The notes: a model not told the origin generated them from the sequence alone. Counted from the stretch's first letter, positions 40,718 to 51,805 are shown. The stretch: DNA of 64,000 bases from an uncultured delta proteobacterium (GCA_963755715.1 CAVWLW010000059.1:1-64000), one strand, 5' to 3'. Translations and numbers: made by a program.

Positions 40718-42376
40718 CTAATCGCCGCCTTGCAGCGGCTTACCGGCGAGTTCCGTCAGTGTCGCCGTTGGCGTAACGTATTCAAGGTCGGTCGACACCT
40801 CGATCAAGGCCGATCGGTTCGCGCTCATTGCCTGTTTCAGAGCCGGCAAGAATTCGTCGTCGCGATTTACCTTCAAACCCAACGCGCCGTACGCCGAGCC
40901 GAGTGCGGCGAAATCGGGATTCATCAAGTCGTTGCCGGAGGGACGCCCGGGATATTGCGCTACTTGGTGCATGCGGATCGAGTTGTATCCTTCGTTGTTA
41001 TAGACAATCGTGATGATGTCGGCGCCGAACTGTTTTGCCGTCGCCATTTCTTGCCCGGTCATGAGAAATCCACCATCGCCGCAGTGAGACACGACCATTC
41101 TCCCTGGATGCGCCAGCTTTGCCGCCACCGCGGACGGGACGCCCGGTCCCATGCATCCCAGACTCGGTGAGATATAGGAGTCCGCGTAATCGAATTCTAA
41201 ATAGCGCTGGTGCCACTGGCCGAAGCTGCCGGCGTCCGTCGTCGTGATCGCGTCCCGCGGCAACGCCGCCTTGAGATCCGCCATCACCCGCTCCATCGAC
41301 ACGCGCCGGGTCGGACGCTCGGATGGAGTGGCGTAGCGTTTTTGCGCGGCATGATGTTCCGCGACCCAACCCGCACGGCTCTCGTTCGGTCTCGGACCTT
41401 GAAATTTGAGCGCGGCGGCCAGCGCCGTTTTGGCGTCGGCAACGATACCGACATCGGGGCGCAAGTTCTGGCCGATTGCTTCTTCGTCTGGATAAATTTG
41501 AATGAACGGCTGTCCGGGTTTGGGAAAAGCAAAACTAGCGGTGGTCTGTTGGTTGAGCCGGCTGCCGATCACCACCACCAAATCGGCTTCATCGGAAACC
41601 AAATTGCGCGTGTGTTTGTTGGCGTTCGCCAGGTTGCCGATATAGTTCGGATGGTTGTTGGGAAAAGCATCCTGGCGCTTGTAAGAAGTGAGTACGGGAA
41701 CCTGAAACTTTTCAGAGAAATCGATCAACTCCTGCCGCGCGTTGGAATATTGCGTTCCCGACCCGGCGATCAACACCGGCTTTTTCGCCGCGTTAATGCG
41801 TTCGACGATCTGCTCGATCGATTTAGGATCGGGATCGGATCGTACCATTGGATACGGATCGATCATCGCAATCTTCGCGTCTTCTTCGAGCATGTCGCGC
41901 GGCAACGACACGACGACCGGTCCCGGCCGGCCGCTGCGCGCGATGTGAAACGCCCGCGCCATGATGCGCGGAACTTGCCGCGCGTCGTTGATCTCGATGA
42001 CCCATTTGGCGATGGTGCCAAAAAAATGCGTGTAGTCGATTTCTTGGCCCGCTTCCCGGCCGCGCGCCGCCCGACCGACTTGTCCGACGAGCAGCACCAG
42101 CGGCACCGAATCGTATTTTGCGCTATGGACCGCGATACTCGCATTGGTGGCGCCGGGACCGCGGGTAACGAGACAGACGCCCGGCATGCGTGTCGCTTTG
42201 GCATAGCCCTCCGCCATAAAACAAGCGCCGCCTTCCTGGCGATTGGTAATCAGGCGAATTTCCGGCGTGTCGTAGAGTCCGTCCAGAACAGCGACATAGC
42301 TTTCACCCGGTACGCAGAATACATGCCGTACACCCTCGTTGCGAAGACATTGAGCCACTGCATGACCGGCAATCAT
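40718..42376 (-). CDS. thiamine pyrophosphate-dependent enzyme (acetolactate synthase-like)
   Basis: VPGESY, RQEGGA, TRGPGATN and GDGGFLM...NN motifs. Confidence 0.92.
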   Translation of the reverse strand: MIAGHAVAQCLRNEGVRHVFCVPGESYVAVLDGLYDTPEIRLITNRQEGGACFMAEGYAKATRMPGVCLVTRGPGATNASIAVHSAKYDSVPLVLLVGQVGRAARGREAGQEIDYTHFFGTIAKWVIEINDARQVPRIMARAFHIARSGRPGPVVVSLPRDMLEEDAKIAMIDPYPMVRSDPDPKSIEQIVERINAAKKPVLIAGSGTQYSNARQELIDFSEKFQVPVLTSYKRQDAFPNNHPNYIGNLANANKHTRNLVSDEADLVVVIGSRLNQQTTASFAFPKPGQPFIQIYPDEEAIGQNLRPDVGIVADAKTALAAALKFQGPRPNESRAGWVAEHHAAQKRYATPSERPTRRVSMERVMADLKAALPRDAITTTDAGSFGQWHQRYLEFDYADSYISPSLGCMGPGVPSAVAAKLAHPGRMVVSHCGDGGFLMTGQEMATAKQFGADIITIVYNNEGYNSIRMHQVAQYPGRPSGNDLMNPDFAALGSAYGALGLKVNRDDEFLPALKQAMSANRSALIEVSTDLEYVTPTATLTELAGKPLQGGD

Positions 42377-42520
42377 AAATTATCCTCCGGATTTGTTGAG
42401 AAATATCTTCTGTCCTATAACGCCCGTTCCCTGTCGCTGTCAACGTTTGATAACGATCGGTGAGTTTTTACCAATTCTATAATCATGCAAGACTTCATCC
42501 GCCTGCAATCAAGGCTAACC

Positions 42521-42722
42521 GCCTGCGAAGCCGACGAAGATATTCCCTATCTAGCGGAATTCATCGGCGACGATCACCTGATGATCGGCTCCGACTACGG
42601 TTACAACGATCCGGCCGAGGAGAAAGCACTGGGTCCAGACAATGAAATCGCGCGAAGATCTTTCGGCAGAATTGGTTGAGAAAATTCTGATTCACAACCC
42701 CAAGCAGTTTTACTCGCTGTAA
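42521..42722 (+). pseudogene. amidohydrolase 3'-end remnant
   Basis: ACEADEDIPYLAEFIGDDHLMIGSDYGYNDPAEEKAL ... EKILIHNPKQFYSL*, a copy of about 40219-40430. Confidence 0.85.
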
Positions 42723-42939
42723 AAAATGAACGAACCACATTCAGCGTCTATTTGCAGTCTCAAACTTTTGCCAGACCCCACGGGGCGCTCCCAAAGATTT
42801 GCACAACTAAGCCGAGAACAGGTTGACATAATCGCTTAATATCGGATATTCAGGGGTAGTTGTCTTGCACACTCACACCGAACGAGACACTTCCTAGCAA
42901 GGCGAGTTACTGGCGCGAGCGCACGGAAAAGTTACCAGT

Positions 42940-44361
42940 ATGCGTCACCGGATCATCCATCTCATCAATCCAAAGACCGATTCACTGACCACGCGGCCAT
43001 TGTACCTGAATCGAGCGCTGTACTCGCCGCTCGCGGGCTTGCTCGCCGTCGCCGGCGCCATCCCGCGCGACCGTTACGAGGTCGTCTTGACCGATGAAAA
43101 CATCGAGTCGATCGACTACGATCTCGAGACAGATCTCGTTGGCATCTCCGCCATGACTTGCTACGTGAACCGCGGCTACGAGATCGCCGATGCATTTCGC
43201 GCTCGCGGGGTGCCGGTTGTCATGGGAGGCGTGCACCCGAGCTTCATGCCGCAGGAGGCGCTCAAGCACTGCGACGCCGTAGTAATCGGTGAGGTGGAGC
43301 TTGTGCTGGATAAGCTCCTCGACGATCTGGAGCGGGGCGAGATGCGCGGCACTTACAAATCGGACCGGCTGCATCCGATGAAAAACCTGCCGATGCCGCG
43401 GTACGACTTGATCAAGAAGAACCGCTACGTGAACCGCACGTTCGTGCAGACCTCGCGCGGCTGCCACCAAGGCTGCACGTTCTGCGCCGAGCCGCTGATG
43501 AACGGGCTCAAGTTTCGCTACCGTCCGGTCGAGGAGGTCCTCCGCGAAGTCGAGAGCTGCGGCTCGCGCATGATCTCGATCAACGATGCCGATTTTTTTG
43601 GCACGGCGGAGCGCCCGAAGGAAGTCATGCGCGCGCTCAAGGGTCGTGGAATTCATTGGCAGGCGGGCGTTACCTCAAAGCTCGCGCAAGACGACCGGAT
43701 GCTAGAGCTCGCCGCCGAGAGCGGCTGCACCTTGCTGAGCATCGGTTTCGAATCAATCACGCGTTCCACCTTGACGAGTGTACACAAGCACGTGAACCGC
43801 CCCGAGACCTTCGTCTCCCTCGTAGAGAAGGTGCACTCGTACGGGATCATGGTCTTCGGCCTTTTCATGTTCGGCTTCGACGGCGACGACGGCTCCGTCT
43901 TCGAGGAGACAGCTCGGTTCAACATCGGCGCGAACTACGATGCCTGCGCGTATTCGGTCCTCACCCCCTATCCGGGCACGCTAACATGGTACGAGATGAA
44001 GAAGGCCGATCGCATCGTCTCTTTTGATTGGTCAAAATACGACCAGGCAAACGTGGTCTATCGACCGGCGCAAATGTCAGGCGACGAACTCCGGCTGGGT
44101 CAGAGCTTCGCCTACGAGACATTCTATGCGCCATCGTCCATCGCCCGTCGCTTCCCGCTCCGCGGAGGGCGAAGTCGGCTCCAGTGGTCCATATACAATC
44201 TATTCATGAAGAAGGGTTCGGCGACCGAGCGCAAGGAGGCGGTGGCCGCGCCGACCGACGCGCCGGATGTGTCGCCGATGCCGCCTATCCTCCCCCTCAA
44301 GCGGGAGTGGCGCGAAGCGGTTCTCGAAGGGACAGGAACGCAGGGGCCTCATCCTGCATAA
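42940..44361 (+). CDS. cobalamin-binding-domain radical SAM protein
   Basis: VVMGGVHPS B12-binding-like domain; SRGCHQGCTFC (CxxxCxxC); IGFES and TPYPGT motifs. Confidence 0.92.
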   Translation: MRHRIIHLINPKTDSLTTRPLYLNRALYSPLAGLLAVAGAIPRDRYEVVLTDENIESIDYDLETDLVGISAMTCYVNRGYEIADAFRARGVPVVMGGVHPSFMPQEALKHCDAVVIGEVELVLDKLLDDLERGEMRGTYKSDRLHPMKNLPMPRYDLIKKNRYVNRTFVQTSRGCHQGCTFCAEPLMNGLKFRYRPVEEVLREVESCGSRMISINDADFFGTAERPKEVMRALKGRGIHWQAGVTSKLAQDDRMLELAAESGCTLLSIGFESITRSTLTSVHKHVNRPETFVSLVEKVHSYGIMVFGLFMFGFDGDDGSVFEETARFNIGANYDACAYSVLTPYPGTLTWYEMKKADRIVSFDWSKYDQANVVYRPAQMSGDELRLGQSFAYETFYAPSSIARRFPLRGGRSRLQWSIYNLFMKKGSATERKEAVAAPTDAPDVSPMPPILPLKREWREAVLEGTGTQGPHPA

Positions 44362-44530
44362 TAGACAGGCCTTGTCCTGGGAGCTGTGAGAGAATTCGCA
44401 CGCACGGTGACCAGGACGCGTAGAACAAATCCAGGTAAATGTCTGATAACGACGAAACTACTCCTGACCGCGCGCCCGCTTGTTAGCCCCTGAATAGAGA
44501 CAACAGATACCTGATAGAAGCCAAAAAGCT

Positions 44531-44694
44531 AAGCACGCTCCGCGCGCCCGCGGCGGTTCTTTCCCAACGCGCTGAAAGCACGCCTCGCGCGAGAACCTTT
44601 CCGCGACTACCGCATCTACGTCTGCTGCGAAGCCGACGAAGACATTCCCTACTTAGCGGAATTCATCGGCGAGGATCATCTGATGATCGGCTCG
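44531..44694 (+). pseudogene. second amidohydrolase remnant
   Basis: Degenerate copy of about 40125-40290 (FRDYRIYVCCEADEDIPYLAEFIGEDHLMIGS). Confidence 0.8.
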
Positions 44695-44994
44695 AATGCG
44701 GGATGGTAGCCATTGCAGGACGGACACGCTAATTCTTTAACCAACCGCGATTTTCTTGCCGTGACAGCCAACCTGTTAAGGTTTGCCCCTATCTGATTCA
44801 CACCAAAGGCTGATCAGGATGATATGAATATGGCTGACAATAGATGCGGCGCCAGCAAATCCAGGGAACACACCCGATTGACACTCCGGGATCACCAGTG
44901 TTAAGCGAAATTCGATTGTTGCAAAAAAACCGAAAGCGATGTCACGCGGGAATCACCGACGCCTCTACGCTTTGAACTGAAAGACAAAGCATTT

Positions 44995-46020
44995 ATGAAA
45001 CCCCATCTGCTGATTTTGACACTAGTTCTCTGGACAGCCGAAGCCGAGGCGCAAAGTTCTTTCTATCAGGGCAAGACAATTACCGTGTTGGCCGCGGCCA
45101 GCGCTGGCAGCGCCTACGATCTCTACGCGCGGCTGATGGCGCAGTTCATGGGCAAGCATATCCCGGGTAACCCGAATTTCATCGTGCAAAATATGACCGG
45201 CGCGGGATCGATCATTGGCGCGAACTATGTCTACAACGTTTCCAAGCCCGACGGCCTGACCATCGGCGCGATTCAGCCGTCGATTTATTTCAACCAGCTC
45301 ATGAAGCAAAAAGAAGTGAGATACGACTGGGCAAAGTTCGGCTGGATCGGCAGCTCCGACAAGTCCGATTATCTTCTCTATATGCGCGCCGATCTGCCTT
45401 ACAAAACCTTGGCCGACGTGCGAAAAGCCAAGGAACCGCCCAAGTGCGGCTCGACGGGAGCGGGAACTTCAGGCAGTTACATGCCCAAGCTGCTCGAAGA
45501 GACGTTGGGAACGAAATTTACCATAGTCGCGGGATACCAGGGCGGCGGCGAGATCGATCTCGCCGTCGAGCGCGGCGAGCTTCATTGCCGCGCTTTTACG
45601 ATTCAGGCCTATCATTCGCGCGAACCGTACCACACGTGGCGCAAAAAAAACTTCGCGCGCATCCTGATGCAAACCGGCCAGACCCGAGATCCGCGTTTGG
45701 CTGACGTGCCGACCCTGCGCGAACTGATGGACGAGCACAAGACGGCTGAAGCAGATCGGCGCATGGTCCCGATGGTGCTTGCCGCAACTGATTTCGGCCG
45801 CCCTATTGTCGCGCCGCCGGGCATTCCCGCGGATCGCCTGAAAATTTTCCGCGAAGCGTTTCTCAAAACCATGAAAGACCCGGAGCTCCTGGCGGAAGCG
45901 AAACGAAAGAACTTCGATATCACGCCGTCCACGGGCGAAGAGCTGGAAGCGTTGGCAAAAGTCGTCATGGCCCAGCCGCCGGAGATCGTAGAGCGGGTCA
46001 AGATTTTAATGGAGCAGTAG
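44995..46020 (+). CDS. tripartite tricarboxylate transporter substrate-binding protein (TctC/Bug)
   Basis: FYQGKTI, YDLYARL, IVQNMTGAG, KPDGLT and GYQGGGEIDLAVERGE motifs. Confidence 0.92.
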   Translation: MKPHLLILTLVLWTAEAEAQSSFYQGKTITVLAAASAGSAYDLYARLMAQFMGKHIPGNPNFIVQNMTGAGSIIGANYVYNVSKPDGLTIGAIQPSIYFNQLMKQKEVRYDWAKFGWIGSSDKSDYLLYMRADLPYKTLADVRKAKEPPKCGSTGAGTSGSYMPKLLEETLGTKFTIVAGYQGGGEIDLAVERGELHCRAFTIQAYHSREPYHTWRKKNFARILMQTGQTRDPRLADVPTLRELMDEHKTAEADRRMVPMVLAATDFGRPIVAPPGIPADRLKIFREAFLKTMKDPELLAEAKRKNFDITPSTGEELEALAKVVMAQPPEIVERVKILMEQ

Positions 46021-46142
46021 TCCCGGAATCCGAAAGCGATTTTAATCCGCCGGCGACATGCACCGTCAATTGACACACATCGGTGACGGTGTTAACGCGT
46101 CGAGGAGATAGCCAATCAGCTGAATTAGAAAGCGAGATATCC

Positions 46143-47152
46143 ATGAGCGAAAACTCCACAACTCAGTCCCGTTACATCAAGTCTTATGAAATCCGCCGCG
46201 CCTATCAAGGCGGCGTTCAATACCCGCCCGCGATTAGCGGCGTCCAGGGCGCCATCGACATCCATTGTCACGCCGACGCGGCGCATCAGGACGCGCTCTC
46301 AGTGGCGAAGCTCGCGTCGAAGAACGGCATGCGCGGCATACTTTATAAATCCATAGCCGGCAAGCAACGCGCCGAATCGGTGAAGAACGTGCGCGAAGCG
46401 CTGCACCGTTGGTGCGACGAAGAAAAAGTCGAGCCGATTCTGTGCTGGTCCGGCTGCAACGTCGCCAACCGCGCGGCTCCCCCGTCGGCAGCGAAAATCC
46501 GCGAGCAGCTCGATGGCGGCATCAACGCGGTCTGGATGCCGGTGGCGATGCACGCGAATACGCTGAGCCAGATCGGCGGCCGCAAATCTTGGTGGGACCC
46601 AACTGCCGGACGTGGTGAATTGACACCGGCATTAAGCTGGGACGAAGCGCTCAAGGTCGGCCAATATCTTTTGGATGAACACGGCAAACTCAAACAAGAA
46701 ATAAAAGAGATCATCCAAGTTTTGCACGATCGCGACGTCCCGTTGTTTTTCGGCCACGCGACCCACCCGGAAATCTATGCGTTGGCCGAAGAGTGCCAAA
46801 AATCGGCCACAAAAAGGCTGTGATCGATCACCCCTTTAGCCCATTTGTAAACTTGAGCATCCCGCAGATGACCGAGCTCGGCAAAGCCGGCATGTATCTC
46901 AACTTCACTTACGACGAGCTTTCGCCGCTGCTCGGCGTCGATCCCTTCGACATGTACAAGGCGATCCGCAGCATCGGCGTAGAACAGGTAACGCTCTCCA
47001 GCGATTGCGGCGAACCGCTCTTTCCCAACTCGGTGGAAGGCGTCAGGCAAATGCGCGCCTATATGGAAGCGTTCGGCTTGAGCAAAGAAGAGATCAAAAC
47101 CGTGAGCTGCGACAACCCGGCGAAGATTCTTGGCTTGAAAGCGGCGGCGTAA
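46143..47152 (+). CDS. amidohydrolase-superfamily/DUF6282-like protein, frameshifted near 46800
   Basis: GAIDIHCH, FGH, IDHP, LSSDCG and NPAKILG motifs split over two frames. Confidence 0.75.
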
Positions 47153-47367
47153 TCATCGGCGGCGATCATACTTGCTCGGGAATCAGTCGAATCCCTCTGG
47201 CCTTCGGCGGAAATCAGAATCCGTCATGCCGGCGAACGCCGGCATCCAGTTCATTTCGGTGAAGTCCAAAACACCGCCTAGATTCCGGCATACGCCGGAA
47301 TGACGAACGTGGAATCGACCTCAGTCAAAAAACTTGAACCTCTCTGATTCTAGCGGAGGTCTTAACA

Positions 47368-48342
47368 CTAACGCTTCGCCTTTTCCGCAAAGCTCCAATC
47401 GCGCACCGCCTGTTGGCTGAGCGCGGCTTTCGGTTTTTCCTTCAGCCTGAAAGTGCCGACGGCCAGCAGGTCGTCGATCACGGAATCGGGAAGAGTCAAT
47501 TCAGGATTATATTGATCGCGATAGAGCTTGAACAGTTTGTCCGCCAGCGCCGGCTCCACGCGCATGATTTTTTGAAACAGGGCGACACTGTATTCAGGAT
47601 TTTGCAGCAGATACAGCGTCGACAGCCTGAGTGCGCGCAAGAGCCGGACGATTTCGTCGGGGTCTTTTTCCATTTTTTTCTGCGTCGCGCCGATGCCGGT
47701 GATCGGAATGCGCACAAACTGACCCAGCTCCTGAGCCGACATGACTATGCGCAGCCCCTGCTTTTCCGCCGCGTACTCCGCCGGGCTGGTGATAACAGTA
47801 GCGTCCACGCTGCCGCTGACCACTGCCGCCAAGCGCTCGGGAGTACCGCCCCCGATCGCGAGGATCGTGAGATCTTTATTTGGATCCATGCCGCTCCGGC
47901 TTAGCGCGGCATAAGCCGCGTAGTCCGCCGAGCTGCCGAAGGAATTGATGCCGATTTTCTTGCCGCGCAATGCTTTGACGTTGTCGATTTCCGGCCGCGC
48001 AACCATGAAATAAGAGCTGTTCTTTGTAACCGCCGCCAATATCCTCACAGGCAACCCGCGCGCCGCCGCGCCGGTCAAGAACGGAAGAATCGTCGCGTAA
48101 TCCAGGTCGCCGGTCAGCAGCGCGGTGAGCATCAGATTCGTGCCGCGAAACGTGATCAGCTGAACCTTCAGGCCCTCCTTATCGAAAAATCCCTTTTCAT
48201 TGGCGACGACGTACGGCAGCGTGGTCCAGCTGCCGATGCCCGACCAGCCGAGATTGACGTCTTTGGCTTGGGCCACAGATGCTAAGGCGAAGCACAGCAA
48301 GATTGTTAGAGTCACCTTGGAGAACACACTGACTTTTCTCAT
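47368..48342 (-). CDS. ABC-type substrate-binding protein (NMT1-like)
   Basis: Signal peptide; KGFFDKEGLKVQL and LRGKKIGINSFGS motifs. Confidence 0.9.
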   Translation of the reverse strand: MRKVSVFSKVTLTILLCFALASVAQAKDVNLGWSGIGSWTTLPYVVANEKGFFDKEGLKVQLITFRGTNLMLTALLTGDLDYATILPFLTGAAARGLPVRILAAVTKNSSYFMVARPEIDNVKALRGKKIGINSFGSSADYAAYAALSRSGMDPNKDLTILAIGGGTPERLAAVVSGSVDATVITSPAEYAAEKQGLRIVMSAQELGQFVRIPITGIGATQKKMEKDPDEIVRLLRALRLSTLYLLQNPEYSVALFQKIMRVEPALADKLFKLYRDQYNPELTLPDSVIDDLLAVGTFRLKEKPKAALSQQAVRDWSFAEKAKR

Positions 48343-48670
48343 TAGGTTCGATCCTCTTTCAAAATCATTTCGTTGCGCAAATTTGACCCACAGAATCAGC
48401 GGCGATCAGGGATGTTCTGCCGTAATTTTCGGAGATTTGCCAGTAGCGCCCCTTTACAATACGAACGCGCGACGCCACGCGGCAGCGAGTGTTTTTGGAA
48501 TACCACGGCTGCCATTCCGAGCGCACCTACGCATTTGCTTTGTACTCAACAGCCGCCGTCAAGACTCGATTAACCACATGTAAGGAAACTGATATGGTGA
48601 TTTCTACCCGGTGACGTGCCCAACTAATAATAAACGTATGCGTCGCCGGCCCGGAAAGGAGAATCCTAAA

Positions 48671-49054
48671 GTGAGCGTACAGCTAAATCACACGATCGTT
48701 TGGTGCCGGGACAAGGAAAAGTCGGCGACTTTTTTCACGGAAGTCTTCGGCCTGCCAAGCGCCACTCCCTTCGGACCGATGCTCGTCGTCCCGCTCAACA
48801 ACGACGTGTCCATCGACTTCTACGAAAACGACGGCGAGATTTCCTCCCAGCACTACGCCTTCCTGATCAGCGAAGAAGAGTTCGACCAGATCTTCGCCCG
48901 CGTCCGTGATCGAGGGCTCAAGTACTGGGCCGATCCCTACCGAAAACGCCCCGGCGAGATCAGCCGGAACGACGGCGGCCGCGGCATATATTTCGAGGAC
49001 CCCGACGGCCATTTCCTCGAAATCCTCACACGACCGTACGGGAGCGGTGGGTAA
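48671..49054 (+). CDS. VOC family protein
   Basis: AAGGAG RBS plus GTG; LNHTIVW, QHYAFL and YFEDPDGHFLE motifs. Confidence 0.9.
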   Translation: MSVQLNHTIVWCRDKEKSATFFTEVFGLPSATPFGPMLVVPLNNDVSIDFYENDGEISSQHYAFLISEEEFDQIFARVRDRGLKYWADPYRKRPGEISRNDGGRGIYFEDPDGHFLEILTRPYGSGG

Positions 49055-49423
49055 ACGATGGCGACAAAAGAGTTAGTAGAATTAGGCAAGTCTGTCCCTA
49101 ACGGCACACTTGTGATCACCTGTCTCTCGTTAACCGATTGTTTATTAGGGACGCGGACTGCGGAGCTCGGCGGATACCTTAGGCTCGGTGCTGGACTGCG
49201 AATGCAGAGGATCCAAATATACGGAAACATCTTTCCGTCTTTATCGGCTTGTCTAATCCGAGAACACTTTACAAGTCCTCGTCCCCATTGTAAAAGCGGT
49301 CCAAGTGACAGCGGTGCGAACTGTAATATACAGAAGGAATGCAGTTCTATACGGAACCAGATAATCTTGGTTAGGCCGGACTATTAAACTGAAACGACGA
49401 TTCTACTGTCAATCCAGAGCCCT

Positions 49424-50551
49424 CTGAAGCTCGGATTCTTCATCCAGCCGGTCCACCCGCCATCCCGCCCCTATGCGGACGTTCTCCGCGAGGATCGCGA
49501 AGCGGTCGTGCTCGCCGATCGACTCGGCTATCGCGAGGCCTTCATCGGCGAGCATCTCGTCGACGCGGCCGAGACGATCACCTCGAGCCTCGCTTTCATC
49601 GCGAGCCTGGCCGATGCTTGCCCGTCGATCACCTTCGGTACCGGCGTGCTTCCGCTCGCCAACTACCACCCGGCGATGGCGGCGGCGCAGGTCGCGATGG
49701 TCGACCACCTGGTGCAAGGCCGGCTCGTGCTCGGCGTGGGGCCCGGCGTTCCCGGCGACGCGGAGGCATCGGAGACCTGGGCTCGGACCGCAACCGCAAG
49801 ACCCAGGAGGCGCTCGAGCACATGTGCCGGATCTGGAGCGAAGAGCCGCCGTACCGGATCGAAGGCGAGTTCTACCGGACCACCACGGAGCGCTCGCTCG
49901 ATCCGACGATCGGGGTGGGCGTCGCAGTCCGCCCGCTGCAAAGGCCGCATCCGCCCATCGCCATCACCTCGATCCGCCCGGACGGCCGGGGACCGCACGC
50001 GGCGGGAGCTCGCGGCTGGACCGGGATCTCGGCGACGCTACGTCGGCGCGTACGTCGTCCGCGCCCAGATCGAGAGCTACCTGGAAGGCCGGCGATCGGC
50101 GGGCCTGTCAGCCGACGCCTCCGGCTGGCGCGTGGCGCGCAGCGTCTTCGTGGCCGATGACGAGACCACGGCGCGTCGCTACGCGCATCGCGAGGACGGC
50201 GCGCACGGCTTCTACTTCCACGTGATGAGAACCAAGCTCGCGAAGGCCGGCGCGCTGGACGTGATGCGCGACTTTCCCGACCAGCCGGATTCCGAGCTCT
50301 CGACGAAGCGGTGCCTCGAGCGTCTCGTGATCGCGGGAACCCCGGAGAGCGTCGCGGACCAGATTCTCGCATTCCGCAACGAGGTCGGCGCGTTCGGCAC
50401 CCTGCTCTACACCGGCCACGACTGGGCCGATCCGGCGCTCGCCCGGCGCTCCATGGAGCTCATGGCGAACGAGGTCTGGCCCCGGATCGATCGGGCCGTG
50501 CATGGGACGACACCGAGAGAGCAAAGCGGCGGGAAGGTATATTCTGACTGA
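49424..50551 (+). pseudogene. LLM-class flavin-dependent monooxygenase with compensating frameshifts and no clear start
   Basis: LKLGFFIQPVHP...FIGEH...GTGV; middle part (RPLQRPHPPI) in another frame; IAGTPESVADQI near the end. Confidence 0.75.
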
Positions 50552-50656
50552 TAGATCGCGCAACAATTGCATGCAGCCGACGCAGCAAGAGGGCGCGGCT
50601 GATGCTGACGTTCATCCGCGCAAGGCTTCACGACGCCATCAATCCCAAAGGAGCAC

Positions 50657-50990
50657 ATGGCCAAGTACCTGATCTCTTTTCCAAGCGCGGCGATGGTTGT
50701 GCCGATGGCGAATGGGGGACAATGGTGCGACGCACACGCTGTGATTGATGAGGCGAAAGCCGCCGGTGTTTACGTCTTCGGCGGCGAGATCGACGAAGAC
50801 GTACCGCCCATACTCGTCTCTGCTGACGGCGCAGTTAAATGGGCGGCTATCCTTGGGCGCCCACGCTCGATGGCGGCTGAACCGAGTTGGAACGACTTCG
50901 CGCGATGAGGCCACCGCTTGGGCGGCGCGCAGCCAAGGCCTGACGCTGCGACCAAGAACTGGCGTGTTCGGGTTCGACCCGAAGTCCTAA
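50657..50990 (+). pseudogene. YciI-like protein, multiply frameshifted (probable gene cassette)
   Basis: AAGGAG RBS; MAKYLISFP...EAKAAGVYVFGG; followed by an attC site. Confidence 0.6.
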
Positions 50991-51024
50991 GGTCGAATGC
51001 CGGAAACGCCGCGGCTAAGATGAG

Positions 51025-51084
51025 GCCGTAACAATTCATTGAAGGCGAATTTGGCCTCGCGAGGGCTTAATCCAGACGTTAGGC
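51025..51084 (+). mobile_element. integron attC site (60-bp type)
   Basis: GCC(G)TAACAATTCATTGAAG...GGCTTAATCCAGACGTTAGGC; arms resemble classical 59-base elements. Confidence 0.75.
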
Positions 51085-51118
51085 GACTTATGTTTGCGGT
51101 GGTGCTTTATGCGAATTT

Positions 51119-51586
51119 ATGAATCCCGACATCATTCATGCTCTTGAGATCGCCGCTATCGTGGTCGCGGGGACGTTGACCGGCAGCGAACTTGCCGTGG
51201 CGGTGTTTTTTCACCCTCGTATCAGCCGCCTTGAGGACGCGGTGCATATCCGAGCCGCTCAGACATTGGCGAAGGTCCTCGGCACGGTGATGCCATTCTG
51301 GTATCCGCTTACATTTCTGCTTGCCCTTGCAGTGACTTTCGTTGCGCACACGACCCGAAGCACGCCGTGGTGGCTGGCACTCGCCTCGACGGTGCTTTTT
51401 GCCCTCATAAGTGTTTACTCCGTGCTCTTGCCCGTTCCCATCAACAACCAGGTTGCCCGCTGGCAGCCAGATTCTGTGCCAGCAAATTGGCGGGATTTGC
51501 GCCGGCGCTGGGATTTGCTTCATGCCATCCGGGTCGTCTTTTTAGTTATCGCTTTGATTCTTCTCGTTGCATCATGTGTTTACTAA
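51119..51586 (+). CDS. DUF1772 (anthrone oxygenase-like) membrane protein, gene cassette
   Basis: MPFWY, VPINNQV and RRRWDLLHAIR motifs; flanked by attC sites. Confidence 0.85.
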   Translation: MNPDIIHALEIAAIVVAGTLTGSELAVAVFFHPRISRLEDAVHIRAAQTLAKVLGTVMPFWYPLTFLLALAVTFVAHTTRSTPWWLALASTVLFALISVYSVLLPVPINNQVARWQPDSVPANWRDLRRRWDLLHAIRVVFLVIALILLVASCVY

Positions 51587-51593
51587 GCCAGTC

Positions 51594-51686
51594 GCCTAAC
51601 CATGCGCTGCAGCGAACCCGGCATGGCGTCGTGGTTTGCAATCGTTGCGTCCCGTGCGCCGGGTCGCTGAGCTTGGGTCGTTGGGC
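51594..51686 (+). mobile_element. integron attC site (93 bp)
   Basis: GCCTAAC CATGCGCTGCAGCGAACCCGGCA...TGCGCCGGGTCGCTGAGCTTGGGTC GTTGGGC, starting 7 nt after the stop codon. Confidence 0.85.
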
Positions 51687-51805
51687 CGCACTACACGCCA
51701 TGCCAAACGGAAAACCAGGTGACCATCCGATGGTTTGACAACCTCTACACCCCGGCAATAATCTTAATCGACATTTAGAGACATTACTTTTTCAAGGAGG
51801 CTCCC

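Noticed and set aside
42820-42939. Riboswitch upstream of the radical SAM gene
   Set aside because: Only weak pairing; no cobalamin or SAM riboswitch consensus recognised.
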